In this document: piece by piece, positions 54,102 to 64,000 of the stretch
Layout: each line of letters starts with the position of its first letter
Position numbering within the stretch: the first letter of the stretch is position 1
NCBI GenBank assembly: GCA_963804165.1
Contig: CAWDPO010000017.1
Location: forward strand, 192,001-256,000
Length of the DNA: 64,000 nt
Direction of reading: 5' to 3'
Source of the DNA: an uncultured delta proteobacterium
GTDB taxonomy: Bacteria; Desulfobacterota; Binatia; UBA9968
Position numbers and translations under genes: made by a program
The notes under the pieces: model-generated
Told to the model about the DNA's origin: nothing
What the model saw: the letters and a program-made list of their open reading frames with translations, nothing else
Databases searched by the model: none

Positions 54102-55142
54102 ATGCGCTTCATTGAGAAATCGAGTTTGGTGTTTTCGTTCTTTGTTGGAAGTTATTTTTTGCACGTAGCTCCTGGGTTTTCTCAAGCGCCTTATTACGCC
54201 GGGAAAACCATCACGATCGTGCGGGGGGGCGGTGCCGGCGGGTCCGGGGAGTTTCAGTCGCGTGCCCTGATGCCTTACTTGAAGAAATACATTCCCGGCA
54301 ATCCGACGATCATGATGGAGTTTATCGACGGCGCTTCGGGCCGGAAGGGCGCGAATTATATGTACACGGCTAAACCTGACGGACTTAAAATCGGCTCGGC
54401 CGGCGCCATGATTCCTGGGCCGATACTCGGTCTTCCCGGCAGCAACTACGACATCGATAAGTTCATTTACATCGGCTCGACGGAAACCGGCAACCCCTAC
54501 GCTTTCTTCACGCGCAAAGCGGCGGGATTGGACACCCTCGAAAAAGTCCGACGCACGCCCGGTATCCGGATCGGCGCTCACTCCGTCGGCCATTCCGTCT
54601 ACGTAACCGCGCGTATGTTCGCGTACATGTTCGATTTCAAGGAGCCCAAGTTCGTCGTCGGCTTCAATGATCCGGAGATGGACGTCGCGCTCAATAACGG
54701 CGAGCTCGACGGGCGGACGAGCGGCAACATCGACAGCGTGCTAAAAGATTTGGGCGGGCAAGTGCAGTTTCACGCGACTATTTCAAATCCCAAAGGCAGG
54801 TTCGATCCGCGTCTGCCGGGTCTTCCGGATATCGACTCCTACGCCAAGAACGACAAGGAGCGCAAAATCGTCGATCTCTTACGCGCGTTCCAAGTGCCGC
54901 GCTGGCCGCACCATCTTCCGCCGGCGACGCCGCCTGAGCTGGTGATGATCCTCCGCGAAGCGATGGCGAAGACCTTCAAAGATCCCGGCTTTCAGCAGGA
55001 TTTCAAGAAACTCATGGGACGGGAACCGACGCCGCTCACGGGCGAAGAAGTAGAGAAGGCGATCCGAGACCTGCCGCGCGACCCCGAGGTCATCGCCCTC
55101 TACAAGAAACTCGCGGATGGCGGTCCGCTGCCGCCGCGTTAG
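54102..55142 (+). CDS. TctC/Bug-like substrate-binding protein (divergent)
   Basis: YYAGKTITIV, YIPGNP, KPDGL, PPATP. Confidence 0.85.
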   Translation: MRFIEKSSLVFSFFVGSYFLHVAPGFSQAPYYAGKTITIVRGGGAGGSGEFQSRALMPYLKKYIPGNPTIMMEFIDGASGRKGANYMYTAKPDGLKIGSAGAMIPGPILGLPGSNYDIDKFIYIGSTETGNPYAFFTRKAAGLDTLEKVRRTPGIRIGAHSVGHSVYVTARMFAYMFDFKEPKFVVGFNDPEMDVALNNGELDGRTSGNIDSVLKDLGGQVQFHATISNPKGRFDPRLPGLPDIDSYAKNDKERKIVDLLRAFQVPRWPHHLPPATPPELVMILREAMAKTFKDPGFQQDFKKLMGREPTPLTGEEVEKAIRDLPRDPEVIALYKKLADGGPLPPR

Positions 55143-55330
55143 ACACCACGACTTCAAGACCCGGTGCAAAAACTACGTACCAGGTTTGACCGGCTCAGCG
55201 GGAACGGAGGAGAGCTCAACAAGCTGCGTTGTTTGTTGAAAATTGGCCGGCCGGTTGCCGAAGACTTGCAATATCACGAAGTGACTTCGGTGTGTGAGCC
55301 GCTGGCTAATTCAAACTACCCCCGACGCGG

Positions 55331-55582
55331 TTAGATACGGTTGGGCTGCATTGAGCTGAGTCGATTATCGATGCGTGCGCACGCAAATCGACGCAGGTAG
55401 TCTTCAGCTTCCACTGCGGTTACAAAGCTCCGCTGGCTGGCAAATTCGAAATTATGCCCGTCAGTAAAGTCGATATGACCTTTCCATGTCCAAGCGTATG
55501 TGTCCCGGTCTTTGCGAAGTTCCCCGACGAAGGTCTGGTTACGGTGAGAATCGGTGATGCGATAGCGTGATCGATCTTCCAT
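55331..55582 (-). CDS. hypothetical protein
   Basis: MEDRSRYRI...WTWKGHIDF...AEDYLRRFA. Confidence 0.55.
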   Translation of the reverse strand: MEDRSRYRITDSHRNQTFVGELRKDRDTYAWTWKGHIDFTDGHNFEFASQRSFVTAVEAEDYLRRFACARIDNRLSSMQPNRI

Positions 55583-55759
55583 ACTTGTTTTCATGCTTTT
55601 CACTGTAGTGCTTGGGGAGCGCCATAGCAAACGTTATTTTACACAGCCAATCATCGAGGCCGAGAAACGAAGCATCAGGCGTCCCACTCTAATGGGATTT
55701 TAAAGCGATTCGTTGGCTAGCGTGCGGGAAATTGTTGAGTTTTCGGTCGGCAAAGCGGG

Positions 55760-56488
55760 CTATGATCGAGGGCTCGCCTTGCCACCATCGTGAAGTTCTT
55801 CGTTGACGTAAGGTTTCCAGCCTGTCGTCCAATCCAGATATTCGAGGCCGGCAAACCGCTTTTTGTAATCGTATGTGAACGGCTCCCGGTACGCATAGCC
55901 CGGATAGTAATAGCGGAAACAGCGTTCGCGTGAGTACTTAATCGAGCACAGCATCATGAATATACCGACGCTTCGTTTCGCGTCTTCGGGATCGAAGATG
56001 GCGTAGACCGCCGACGTTGCGCGCTCGCCAACATCGAGAAAAGTTGCCCCGAGAAGCCTATCGCCCAGGTAAACGCAGAGCTCAAGATTGGGACATGGCA
56101 CCTCCGAGGGATTGGGCGAAAGGAAGTCCAAAAGCGAGGAAGGAACATTCTCATCGAAGCGGAACCGGTGTTTCGCGAACAGAAGCTCTTTCTGGTCATC
56201 GATAAACGATGGCCGGAGCACCACCTCGGTGTCGCGATTCTTCGCTAACACGCGCTTTTGGCTTCGCGTTAACGCGAAGCGCTGCAGATCGACGCGCAAG
56301 GGCAAAACTGTGAATCGTCTCCCGCGATGCACCGACGTCCGGTAGCGCACGAAGATGACGCCGAAGTGGCGCCAACCTTCCGCCCAAATTGCATCCATCT
56401 TCGCCGGCGAAGCTTTTACGCACAAAAAGTGTTCGTCATTTTCGGTGGCGGTCATTGGGCTGTACTGGTGGCGATAGGCGAAATCCAA
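55760..56488 (-). CDS. arginyl/leucyl-tRNA-protein transferase (ATE1/Bpt family)
   Basis: GWRHFG, RSQKRV..KN.D, SAVYAIFDP...RSVG, YYYPGY, YK..F. Confidence 0.8.
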   Translation of the reverse strand: MDFAYRHQYSPMTATENDEHFLCVKASPAKMDAIWAEGWRHFGVIFVRYRTSVHRGRRFTVLPLRVDLQRFALTRSQKRVLAKNRDTEVVLRPSFIDDQKELLFAKHRFRFDENVPSSLLDFLSPNPSEVPCPNLELCVYLGDRLLGATFLDVGERATSAVYAIFDPEDAKRSVGIFMMLCSIKYSRERCFRYYYPGYAYREPFTYDYKKRFAGLEYLDWTTGWKPYVNEELHDGGKASPRS

Positions 56489-56500
56489 TTCAATATTGGG

Positions 56501-56863
56501 TTATCCGGTCCGCGCGGATGTTCCGGCGATCTTAGATCGAACATAACCGCCGAGCGCCGCGGCCACAACGTAGACAAGTCCGTATACCAGCAAGAATACC
56601 ACACCAAGCAAAAACAACGGTCCGACATGAAGGACGATCAGCTCAAAACCGGTCTGGCCGATGAGGGCTCCGACGTAGTGTGCCCACAACGGCTTTGGAC
56701 TTACGGTTCCCGCGAGCACGCCGGCGACGAATAATGCAGCGACGTAGAAATTTCCGTCGGTGTCCCATGGTTCCCGCAAACCGATGAGAAGCGGCGAGAG
56801 CGCCCAGATCGATGCGCTCGCGATCACCGAAACTAGAACGGTCATCGCGGCGCGTTGTTTCAT
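56501..56863 (-). CDS. hypothetical membrane protein
   Basis: Four hydrophobic segments, EPWD motif; ATGA overlap with the upstream gene. Confidence 0.6.
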   Translation of the reverse strand: MKQRAAMTVLVSVIASASIWALSPLLIGLREPWDTDGNFYVAALFVAGVLAGTVSPKPLWAHYVGALIGQTGFELIVLHVGPLFLLGVVFLLVYGLVYVVAAALGGYVRSKIAGTSARTG

Positions 56864-57738
56864 ACGGTGTGGCCAGCACCCGTATTGAAATCCGGCGCGT
56901 CCCGCGGACTGTCGAGCACGCTCCGCAACGGTTCGAACAGCTCGCCCCTAAATAGACTTCTCAACTCTACCCGGCCCAAGTGCGGCGCAGCGCGTTCGTA
57001 ACGGCTTTCACGACTGTAATCTGCCGACTGGCCAAATCGGGTCAGCAGATAATTTGCCAAATCGATTCTCGAGATCGCGCGGCTTGCCGCGACATGCCGG
57101 ATGCCGTTTTCGGCGCTGATTGCCAACCGCATGACGCGCAGCGCGAGATCGCTCGCCCAGACCGCCGAGCGATATTCATCGTGGACGATGGTGACCGGCA
57201 GGTTGCGCTGGATGCGATAGCGCAGCCAGTCCCAGTGTCCAGTGCGGCCGTTGGGCGATGGACCGATCGGCAGGCCCACGCGAATGACCAACGACGCCGG
57301 TCGAGTCAACACCAATTTTTCCGCCTCCAGGCGAGTTCGGCCGTAAACGCTGATGGGACAAGGCGGCGATTCTTCGTCGTAGACGCCGTCGCCGCCGAAG
57401 ACATGATCGGAAGAAACGTAGACGAGCCTCGTTCGAGAGGGCAATGCGGCAAGAACCCGGCGCACATGTTCAACATTGATTTCGCGGGCCCAATCCGGAG
57501 CTGCTTCGCACTTGGGCACGTCGCAGACGGCGTGACAGTAGAGCAGGATGTCGGGTTGGCAGTTTTTGAAAAGCGCCCGGGTCCAAACCGGATCCTCGAG
57601 CTTCAGAACGGGCCAGTGCCGAACCGAGCTTGCACGATTTCCCGGCGATACGAACGGTAAAACAGTTTCAGGAAACAGCCTGGCGATATTGAAGCCGAGG
57701 ATCGAGGTCGCGCCAAAGAGCAAAGTTGATGTGGACAT
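56860..57738 (-). CDS. RmlD-like SDR (sugar-nucleotide reductase)
   Basis: GATSILG, CEAAP..A..IN, YVSSDHVF.G, PISVYGRTR. Confidence 0.85.
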   Translation of the reverse strand: MSTSTLLFGATSILGFNIARLFPETVLPFVSPGNRASSVRHWPVLKLEDPVWTRALFKNCQPDILLYCHAVCDVPKCEAAPDWAREINVEHVRRVLAALPSRTRLVYVSSDHVFGGDGVYDEESPPCPISVYGRTRLEAEKLVLTRPASLVIRVGLPIGPSPNGRTGHWDWLRYRIQRNLPVTIVHDEYRSAVWASDLALRVMRLAISAENGIRHVAASRAISRIDLANYLLTRFGQSADYSRESRYERAAPHLGRVELRSLFRGELFEPLRSVLDSPRDAPDFNTGAGHTV

Positions 57739-57842
57739 CGATTCTCGGCGGCCCAGCGCGGCTTCTTTTTGGCGGCGTTATACGCGTGAGGATGATTCGT
57801 TGAAGGTCGAGTCTACTTGATTTCAGCGGCTTGCGCAGCGTC

Positions 57843-58082
57843 TCAGGGATGACCGTTGCTGCCATGGAGGCGGGCTCGGCCAAGAGGCGTAAGAGTCACT
57901 TCGGGATCTGAAACTGTGCCCTGACGGTTGAGTTCAATATAGCCGTCGATCATCGCGTCTTCCCAGATGGTCTGTCTCGGGCAATGGCTCTGCCACGCTT
58001 CCATGGCTTCGTTGTACGTTCGGCGACGGCTGGAGACCCAGGAAAGAAACTCCAACATCAACAGATTGGCGGATTCGGCCAT
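57843..58082 (-). CDS. hypothetical small protein
   Basis: FL.WV...RTY.EAMEAW.SHCPR.TIWEDA; GAGG RBS. Confidence 0.6.
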   Translation of the reverse strand: MAESANLLMLEFLSWVSSRRRTYNEAMEAWQSHCPRQTIWEDAMIDGYIELNRQGTVSDPEVTLTPLGRARLHGSNGHP

Positions 58083-58218
58083 GATCTACCTCGCACGCGA
58101 AATGCTCGATCCGATTCGTCACGCAGTGTAACACGAACTTCTCCGACAAAAAAAGCAAGCCGTGGTGGCGATTCAGGCGGCCTTTTCCCGCGGAGCCGAT
58201 CGAACGCCGCGCCGAATA

Positions 58219-58734
58219 TCATAAGTTGTCAAAAGCGGCGAGATACTTGACCGTGCCCGTCGCACCGCGAAGGTAGCCGGGTCGTAACTCCATCAGCATA
58301 AACGCCTCGGCCGGCACATCGTATTCGCAGCGCATGGCGAAATTGACTGCCGGGACAAATCCGAAACGGGGGTAGTAGGCGGGATGACCTAGCACGACAA
58401 CAGCGCCGGCGCCGATTTGTATGCACCCGTCAAGGCCGGCGCGAACGAGCAGGGTGCCGATACCGCTGCGCCGCCGCGGTGCAGCGACGGCCATCGGTGC
58501 GAGTCCCATGATCCTGAGATCGGGATGGTCGGTCAACACGACCGGCGAAAACATGATGTGGCCGACGATCTTACCGGCGTCGTCGGCGACGAGGGAAATT
58601 ACTAGCATCGGCTCGCAGCGCAACGTATCGACGAGATCAGCCTCGGTGGTTGTCTCGAAGGCCGCTACGTTCAGAGGATAGACCGCAGCCCAGTCCCGCT
58701 CTTCCTCGGCGCGGATAAGCATCTTGCCTTCCAC
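58219..58734 (-). CDS. GNAT N-acetyltransferase (YhbS-like)
   Basis: VGHIMFSP, LAPMAV..RRSGIG, VLGHPAYYPRFGF. Confidence 0.9.
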   Translation of the reverse strand: MEGKMLIRAEEERDWAAVYPLNVAAFETTTEADLVDTLRCEPMLVISLVADDAGKIVGHIMFSPVVLTDHPDLRIMGLAPMAVAAPRRRSGIGTLLVRAGLDGCIQIGAGAVVVLGHPAYYPRFGFVPAVNFAMRCEYDVPAEAFMLMELRPGYLRGATGTVKYLAAFDNL

Positions 58735-59792
58735 CTAAGCTTGGCCGGGCAGCAAGGAATCGGCGGAGAGACTTCGACAAGCCAACATGCGCGGCTAATT
58801 TCTCGGTTCGAAAGTGAGTTGGCTCGACTACTTCCCGTACAACCTCGCGATGAAGCCGCTCTTGTCGATTTCTTCGATCAAGCTTCCGTCCATGACATCT
58901 TTCGCCAAAGTCACTTTCGACTTGGAGGTTTTGACGGAATCCAAAACGGCTTGGACTCCTTTGGTTTCGGGGGAGGGGCGTTCGCGCATCGCCGCGGCAA
59001 TTCGGGGGTAGCTATATTCGGCGCCTTTGACGCCTTCCGCTTTGAGAACGGTCAGGGCCAACTCCTTGTTGGTTTTGAAGACGTAGACGCCCTCGATCAA
59101 TCCCTCGGCGAATTTTAGCAATAGATCGCGTTTCGTTTTTAGAAGTTGCGTCGGTACGACTTGGCCGAAGCGGGCGTAGTCGATCGGCATCTCCAACATG
59201 TCGACGAGCACACGGCAGCAGCCGGATTCTAGAAGGCTTGGCACATCGTAAGTGCCGAGCAGCGTGCCGTCGAGCTGTCCGGCGACCATGGCTGGAAGGC
59301 GGGTCGTGCCGGCGGCCTGGATTATCTTCACGTCTTTATCGGGATCGAGCTTGAAATGGCGAAGTAGCATCCTTGTGGTCACGTCAGACGACGAGCCGAA
59401 GCGGCTGATCGCGAGCCTTTTACCTTTTAACTCATCGGCAGATTTGATTTCATTACGCACGACAAAGGCGAACGGAAAACGATTGATGTACACGCTGATC
59501 AGTTTGCCGTCCAGCGCGCCTGCCGATACCGCGTTCAACATTGCCGGAACGTCGGAATCGGCGATATCCAGATCGCCCCCGACCATCGCTTGGGCCATGG
59601 TGGCGCCGCTAGTGAAGTAGATGAGACGGACATCGAATCCGCGCTTTTTCCATATGCCGGCGCGGTCGATGATTTTGTGGAGATTCTTTGCGACGCCAGT
59701 GCCACTGTAGCCGACGCGGATGAGTTGCTGGGCGTTCGTAGGATTCGATCCCAGAGTCAGCACAGCCGCAATTGTGCTGAGAACAATCAACT

Positions 59793-60886
59793 TATTAAGT
59801 TCTGTATAATATAGTGACATATTTAGATTATTGTGATAGTGTTCGGTGCATGGGAAATCCGATAGGAGTACGACGAGATTTTGATGTACTGGAACAGCGG
59901 CGATTGGAGGCAGCTCGTCTGCTTCGCGCTGGGGTTTCGCAATCCGAAGTGGCGCGGCAAGTGCGAGTACACCGCCAGTCGGTAAGTCGCTGGGACAAAG
60001 AACTCAAGGAGTCGGGAATCCGGGGGCTCAAAAAAGCCGGCCGTGCAGGGAGAAAACCCTTACTGAGCACAGCAGACCTACGGCGCGTAGAGTCTAAGCT
60101 CAAGCAAGGAGCGCAGGCCAGAGGGTATACCACCGAGCTATGGACGACCTCCCGGGTGGCTGATCTGATCGAGCAGGAATGTGGGGTCAAATACCACCCG
60201 GCCCATGTGTGGCGGATCCTGCAAGAACTGGGTTGGAGCTGCCAGAAGCCAGCTAAACGGGCGTTGGAGCGTGATGAAGAAAAGATCGAGCGATGGAAGA
60301 AAAAGCGCTGGCCTAAGCTTAAAAAAAAGCGCAGAGGGAGAAGCGCACGATAGTGTTTATCGACGAGAGTGGATTGAGCGAGAGGCCGCACTGTTGTCGG
60401 ACTTGGTCGCCCAAAGGACAAACGCCTATTCTGCAGTATCATTTTAACTGGCAGCATCTGTCGGCCATGGCGGGGGTGACCTGGAGAAACTTTTATTTTC
60501 GCTTGTTTCCCGGTTCGGTTCGTAGCCCCCAGGTGGTGGAGTTCTTGAAACACTTGTTGCGCCACATCCGAGGCAAGGTGCTGGTCATCTGGGACGGGCT
60601 CAGAAGCCACAGGAGCCGGTTGGTCAACGATTTCGTCTTTGCACAACGCGGCCGGCTGCACATTGAGTTTCTTCCTGCTTATGCCCCTGAGCTCAACCCG
60701 GTAGAGTATCTTTGGGGTTACTGGAAACAACATGAGTTACCTAACTTCTGTCCAAAACACTTCTTCGAACTTACCTACCAAGCCCGACAAGCTCTGCGTC
60801 GAATGCGCCGTCGACCGACTCTCGTCACTGCGTTCTGGAAACAAGCTGAGCTGTTTTGATGTAACTATATTATGCAAAGGTCAATA
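59793..60886 (+). mobile_element. IS630-family insertion sequence
   Basis: TA duplication; imperfect 28-bp IRs TATTAAGTTCTGTATAATATAGTGACAT / TATTGACCTTTGCATAATATAGTTACAT. Confidence 0.9.
59849..60859 (+). CDS. IS630 transposase (orfA/orfB with A8 slippery site at ~60321)
   Basis: HTH orfA; FIDESG, VIWDG..H and LPAYAPELNPVEYLW in orfB. Confidence 0.92.
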
Positions 60887-60918
60887 GTTTTCTGCATGAC
60901 GGTTCCTCGCAGCTCGGA

Positions 60919-60986
60919 TGTCATTCTGAGGCGCAGCCGAAGAATCTCGACTTCGGGCGAGATCCCTCGCTTTGCTCGGGATGACA
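60919..60986. repeat. TGTCA-type REP element (empty site)
   Basis: TGTCATTCTGAG.CGCAGC.GAAGAATCTC...GAGATCCCTCGCTTTGCTCGGGATGACA. Confidence 0.8.
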
Positions 60987-61035
60987 GCGCGTTGCTTTTC
61001 GAGCGGCTGAATATCCTTCCCAAGTGCTTAAGGTG

Positions 61036-62445
61036 TTACGTAAAAAACCTGCCATACTTCTTCACCACCGTTTCTTTCATTTCGGCGCTTGAACCGGAGG
61101 CGAGCGGAAAATCTTTCATCCATTCGTAGGGCCGCGTGGCGTCGATGACGGCGCGGGTGCTGAAGCCTTTTTTGTCTTTCGGGATCACCGGGTCGAGGGG
61201 GCCACTCCAGGCGCGTCGGATAAAGTCCGTGTCGTTCGCCGGATCCGACCTCGTGCACATGGCCCATAGCACGTCGTTCATGTCGTAGGGGTCGATGTCG
61301 TCATCGACCACGACAATGTATCGTCCCAAATAAGCCCCGGCGCCGCACTGCGCAGCGATCATGCCGGCCTGCTTGGCATGTCCCGGGTAGCGTTGCTTGA
61401 TCGATACCGCTGTGAAAAATCGGCCCTGGAAACAAGCCACGCCTTTAACATCCGGCACACCGGCTTTTTCCATATGATCCCAAATGAACGCGGAGCGCAC
61501 CAGGTTGTCATCGGAACCGGCGGGAGGACGCGACGAGGGCGCGCCGGTCAAGATCGGATTGTTACGGTGCATCATGCGCTTCACTTTAATAATCGGTTCG
61601 GTGCGCTCGCCGCTGGCGTAGTAGCCGGTCCACTCGCCGTAGGGTCCTTCGCGTCGCTGTTGATCGGGCAAGCAGTCGCCTTCGATGGCGATTTCCGTAT
61701 AGGCTGAAATCGGCAAGCCGGTGTGTTTGCCGAGAATCACATCGACGGCTTGGCCGCGGAGGCCGCCGGCGTAGTCGTACTCTGATTTTCCCCACGGCAA
61801 ACTATTCGCCGCCGCAGTGAGCAGCAGCGGGTCGTCGCCGAAAGTTATGGCGACCGGGCATGGCCGGCCTTGATCGAAATACTTCTGGCGAATGATGCGG
61901 CCTTGCTTGCCGGGTGAAATATAGAGCGCCAGCGTGTCCTTGTCGTGCACCATGACGCGGTAGCAGCCGAGATTGACCCAGCCCTCGTCCATGTCGCGCG
62001 TGATGACGACATGAGCGGTGCCGATGTAGCGCCCGCCGTCTTCTTCATGCCAATGCGGCACCGGCAGCGAGTAAAGATCGATGTCCTTTCCTTCGACGAC
62101 ATTTTCCAGAACCGGTCCGCTGTCGACGACGCGCGGTGGAACGTAAGTCGGGTTGTTCAAGCGTTTGCGCCACGCCTGAATGAATTGGTAGCGGTCGTAA
62201 TGGAGCGGCAAGTGCGTCGTCAGACACTGGCGCTTGAGCGACTGATGATGCACGCCGACGAGCACGCGATGGCCCGGGGGATAGTCTTTGATCTTGTCGA
62301 AGAGAATCGCCGAGTAGGGCGGATTGCGCGCGTAGACTTCGGTCAGCGCGCCCATCTCGTATTTCCAGTCGCAACCTTCGACGGTCTTCAGCTCGCCGAA
62401 CTCGTCGACTTTTTCCATCCAACCGCGTAAATCGTTGTACAACAT
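61036..62445 (-). CDS. UbiD family decarboxylase
   Basis: DGGRYIGT, NLGCYR, EGPYGEWTGYY, VVDDDID, WAMCTR; AAGGA RBS at ATG 62445. Confidence 0.92.
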   Translation of the reverse strand: MLYNDLRGWMEKVDEFGELKTVEGCDWKYEMGALTEVYARNPPYSAILFDKIKDYPPGHRVLVGVHHQSLKRQCLTTHLPLHYDRYQFIQAWRKRLNNPTYVPPRVVDSGPVLENVVEGKDIDLYSLPVPHWHEEDGGRYIGTAHVVITRDMDEGWVNLGCYRVMVHDKDTLALYISPGKQGRIIRQKYFDQGRPCPVAITFGDDPLLLTAAANSLPWGKSEYDYAGGLRGQAVDVILGKHTGLPISAYTEIAIEGDCLPDQQRREGPYGEWTGYYASGERTEPIIKVKRMMHRNNPILTGAPSSRPPAGSDDNLVRSAFIWDHMEKAGVPDVKGVACFQGRFFTAVSIKQRYPGHAKQAGMIAAQCGAGAYLGRYIVVVDDDIDPYDMNDVLWAMCTRSDPANDTDFIRRAWSGPLDPVIPKDKKGFSTRAVIDATRPYEWMKDFPLASGSSAEMKETVVKKYGRFFT

Positions 62446-62470
62446 TTCAACTTCCTTTCTGAAAAATTTT

Positions 62471-62579
62471 GTTCCAATCGTTCCAGTAGTTCCAGCCGTT
62501 CCAATCGTTGAGAGAAGCATTCGACTAGCGCGCATTCCAAACGTTTGGAACGATTGAAACATTTGGAACGTCTGGAACC
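62471..62579. repeat. REP-like palindrome of 9-bp GTTCCAxxx units
   Basis: Four GTTCCA units followed by four inverse TGGAAC/TGAAAC units. Confidence 0.7.
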
Positions 62580-62583
62580 GACT

Positions 62584-63687
62584 TTATATCGCCGTCCTTT
62601 TTTGATACAGCTCCGGCCGCATCTTGCTCTTTAAGCCGTTTTTTGCCAATTCGGCCTCGAACGCCGCGCGAATTTCCGGATCTTCGTCCTCGTACTCGAT
62701 CTGGTTCGGCCCTTTGCCGATAAAGGGCTCGCCTTCACCGGACCAGCCGGGATAAGCGAGCATTCCGGGCGGATGAAATGCCAGGAAGCGCACCGGTTCG
62801 ACACTGGTATTGAAGTGCTCGTGGAACCACATCGCCGGCGGCACGAACATGCTCCAGGCATGCCAGTCGATGCGTTCGCGCGCTTTGCCGACTTCCCACA
62901 TGAACGAGAAGCCGGCGCCGTCGAGAATCACGATGGTGAAGCCGGGACCGTGGCGATGGGCTTTTTTGTAAGTACCGACGGACCAGCCGGAGAGGTGGAG
63001 AAACATCATCGTCCTGGCGAAGCGGACGCGCATGCTGTACGCATCCTGAGCGCGATCGCGGCTTTGTTTGAAGCCACCTTTTTCTTCGAGGGCGTAAACG
63101 TTTTCGCGCGTGAACCACCGGCGCACATCGGCGATGAAGTTGGTCTCGACTCCGTTGAAGCCGGCAAGCACCTGCGGCGCTTCGGTAAAATAGTTTTCTT
63201 CGTCGGCGAAGCGGTCGAGGAATTTATAGTCGCAATTGAACAGAAAATCGTTGTTGTTGAAGAGCTGCATGTAGAGCGGCGCCGACGTGCAGGACACCAG
63301 GCGCGCGGGCGTGCCCATGGCATAGTGCTCGTAAAACACGTTGGGCGGGATTGCGAAAACGCTGCCCTGCTGCCACTCGAAGGTTCTTTTCTTGCCGTCT
63401 TTGTACCACATGGAAGTCGCGCCTTGGCCGTCGACGATCATTACGGATTCGTCGAATACCTGGCGGCGTGGCGTAGTCTTTTCGCCGCGGGGGATTTCCA
63501 AGACCACGGCATCGTTGACCACGGCGTTAGATAGATTGATAAATGCGCCGTTGGCGTTGCGCCCTTTCCAATAGCCGACCGGCACGGTGCGCAAGTCTTC
63601 GACAAAGTAGCCGGTGTGAATCGGAATGCCCTGTTCCTTTTGCCAAGTTAAGTAGGGGTTGAGCACGAATTGACTCGAGGCAGCCAT
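62584..63687 (-). CDS. bicupin domain protein
   Basis: FEWQ.GSVFAIPPN..YEH and YKKAHRHGPG...PPAMWFHEHFN. Confidence 0.8.
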   Translation of the reverse strand: MAASSQFVLNPYLTWQKEQGIPIHTGYFVEDLRTVPVGYWKGRNANGAFINLSNAVVNDAVVLEIPRGEKTTPRRQVFDESVMIVDGQGATSMWYKDGKKRTFEWQQGSVFAIPPNVFYEHYAMGTPARLVSCTSAPLYMQLFNNNDFLFNCDYKFLDRFADEENYFTEAPQVLAGFNGVETNFIADVRRWFTRENVYALEEKGGFKQSRDRAQDAYSMRVRFARTMMFLHLSGWSVGTYKKAHRHGPGFTIVILDGAGFSFMWEVGKARERIDWHAWSMFVPPAMWFHEHFNTSVEPVRFLAFHPPGMLAYPGWSGEGEPFIGKGPNQIEYEDEDPEIRAAFEAELAKNGLKSKMRPELYQKRTAI

Positions 63688-63720
63688 CCAAAGACCTCCG
63701 TGTGAAGTTTCTCAGAAAAG

Positions 63721-64000
63721 TTACTTGCCGTACAAGCGCTCGACAAAACCACTTTTCTTAATGTCGTCGAGCAAGGTGCTGTCGATAAAATCTTTCGCCT
63801 GCGCCAGCTTTGCCCTGGAGGTGCCGATGGAGTCGAGAGCGGTTTGCACCGCTTTTTCATCCGGAATCGGAAACTCGACCAGCACCTTGGCGATTTTCTT
63901 ATAACCGACTTCTGCATCTTTAATGCCTTCCCGTTTAAGAATCGCTATGGGCAGTTCGGGTCGCGTTTTGAATACGAAAATGCCTTCGATCAGCGCTTCT
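63721..64000 (-). CDS. 3' end of NMT1/SsuA-like substrate-binding protein (partial)
   Basis: EALIEGIFVFK...PDEKAVQTALD...LLDDIKKSGFVERLYGK*, paralog of the 58828 gene. Confidence 0.8.
   Translation of the reverse strand, partial: EALIEGIFVFKTRPELPIAILKREGIKDAEVGYKKIAKVLVEFPIPDEKAVQTALDSIGTSRAKLAQAKDFIDSTLLDDIKKSGFVERLYGK

Larger units (their letters stand above)
58828..60897 (-). pseudogene. NMT1/SsuA-like substrate-binding protein interrupted by IS630 in codon 4
   Basis: Removing the IS restores ATG CAG AAA ACT AAG TTG (MQKTKLIVLSTIAAV...) with a GAGGA RBS; the body at 58828-59794 is intact. Confidence 0.85.

Noticed and set aside
55331-58734. Run of co-oriented unrelated genes as an integron cassette array
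   Set aside because: No attC-like hairpins with RYYYAAC/GTTRRRY ends between the genes, and some genes overlap
62471-62579. Short periodic repeats (also 1644-1720) as CRISPR arrays
   Set aside because: Units are 8-9 bp without unique spacers and form palindromes; no cas genes are present

Overview
GC-rich bacterial chromosomal window. Gene content is about 15 orphan solute-binding proteins, amidohydrolases, cupins, VOC proteins, UbiD, MmgE/PrpD and a class I fumarase. This suggests a Candidatus Binatia/deltaproteobacteria-like genome (inference, no marker gene is present). Many genes are split by single-base frameshifts, most likely long-read indel errors. Accessory content: (i) a ~11 kb island (6.3-17.4 kb) with an RHH-led small-ORF operon, integron-type gene cassettes, a DUF4145 protein, a secreted-looking proteasome-beta-like protein, IS1634 and a lone terminase-small-subunit-like gene; (ii) an IS110/IS1111-group element inside nested REP-like repeats, whose 3' non-coding region carries readable bridge/seek-RNA guides matching the REP target and the element's own circle junction; (iii) a second attI-like/attC cassette unit, with no integrase anywhere in the window; (iv) IS630 inserted in codon 4 of an SBP gene; (v) a UGA-containing AhpC/TSA-type selenoprotein with a SECIS-like hairpin; (vi) a chimeric scar showing tandem acquisition of two different cargo lipoproteins at one intergenic slot. 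No rRNA, tRNA or CRISPR array was seen.
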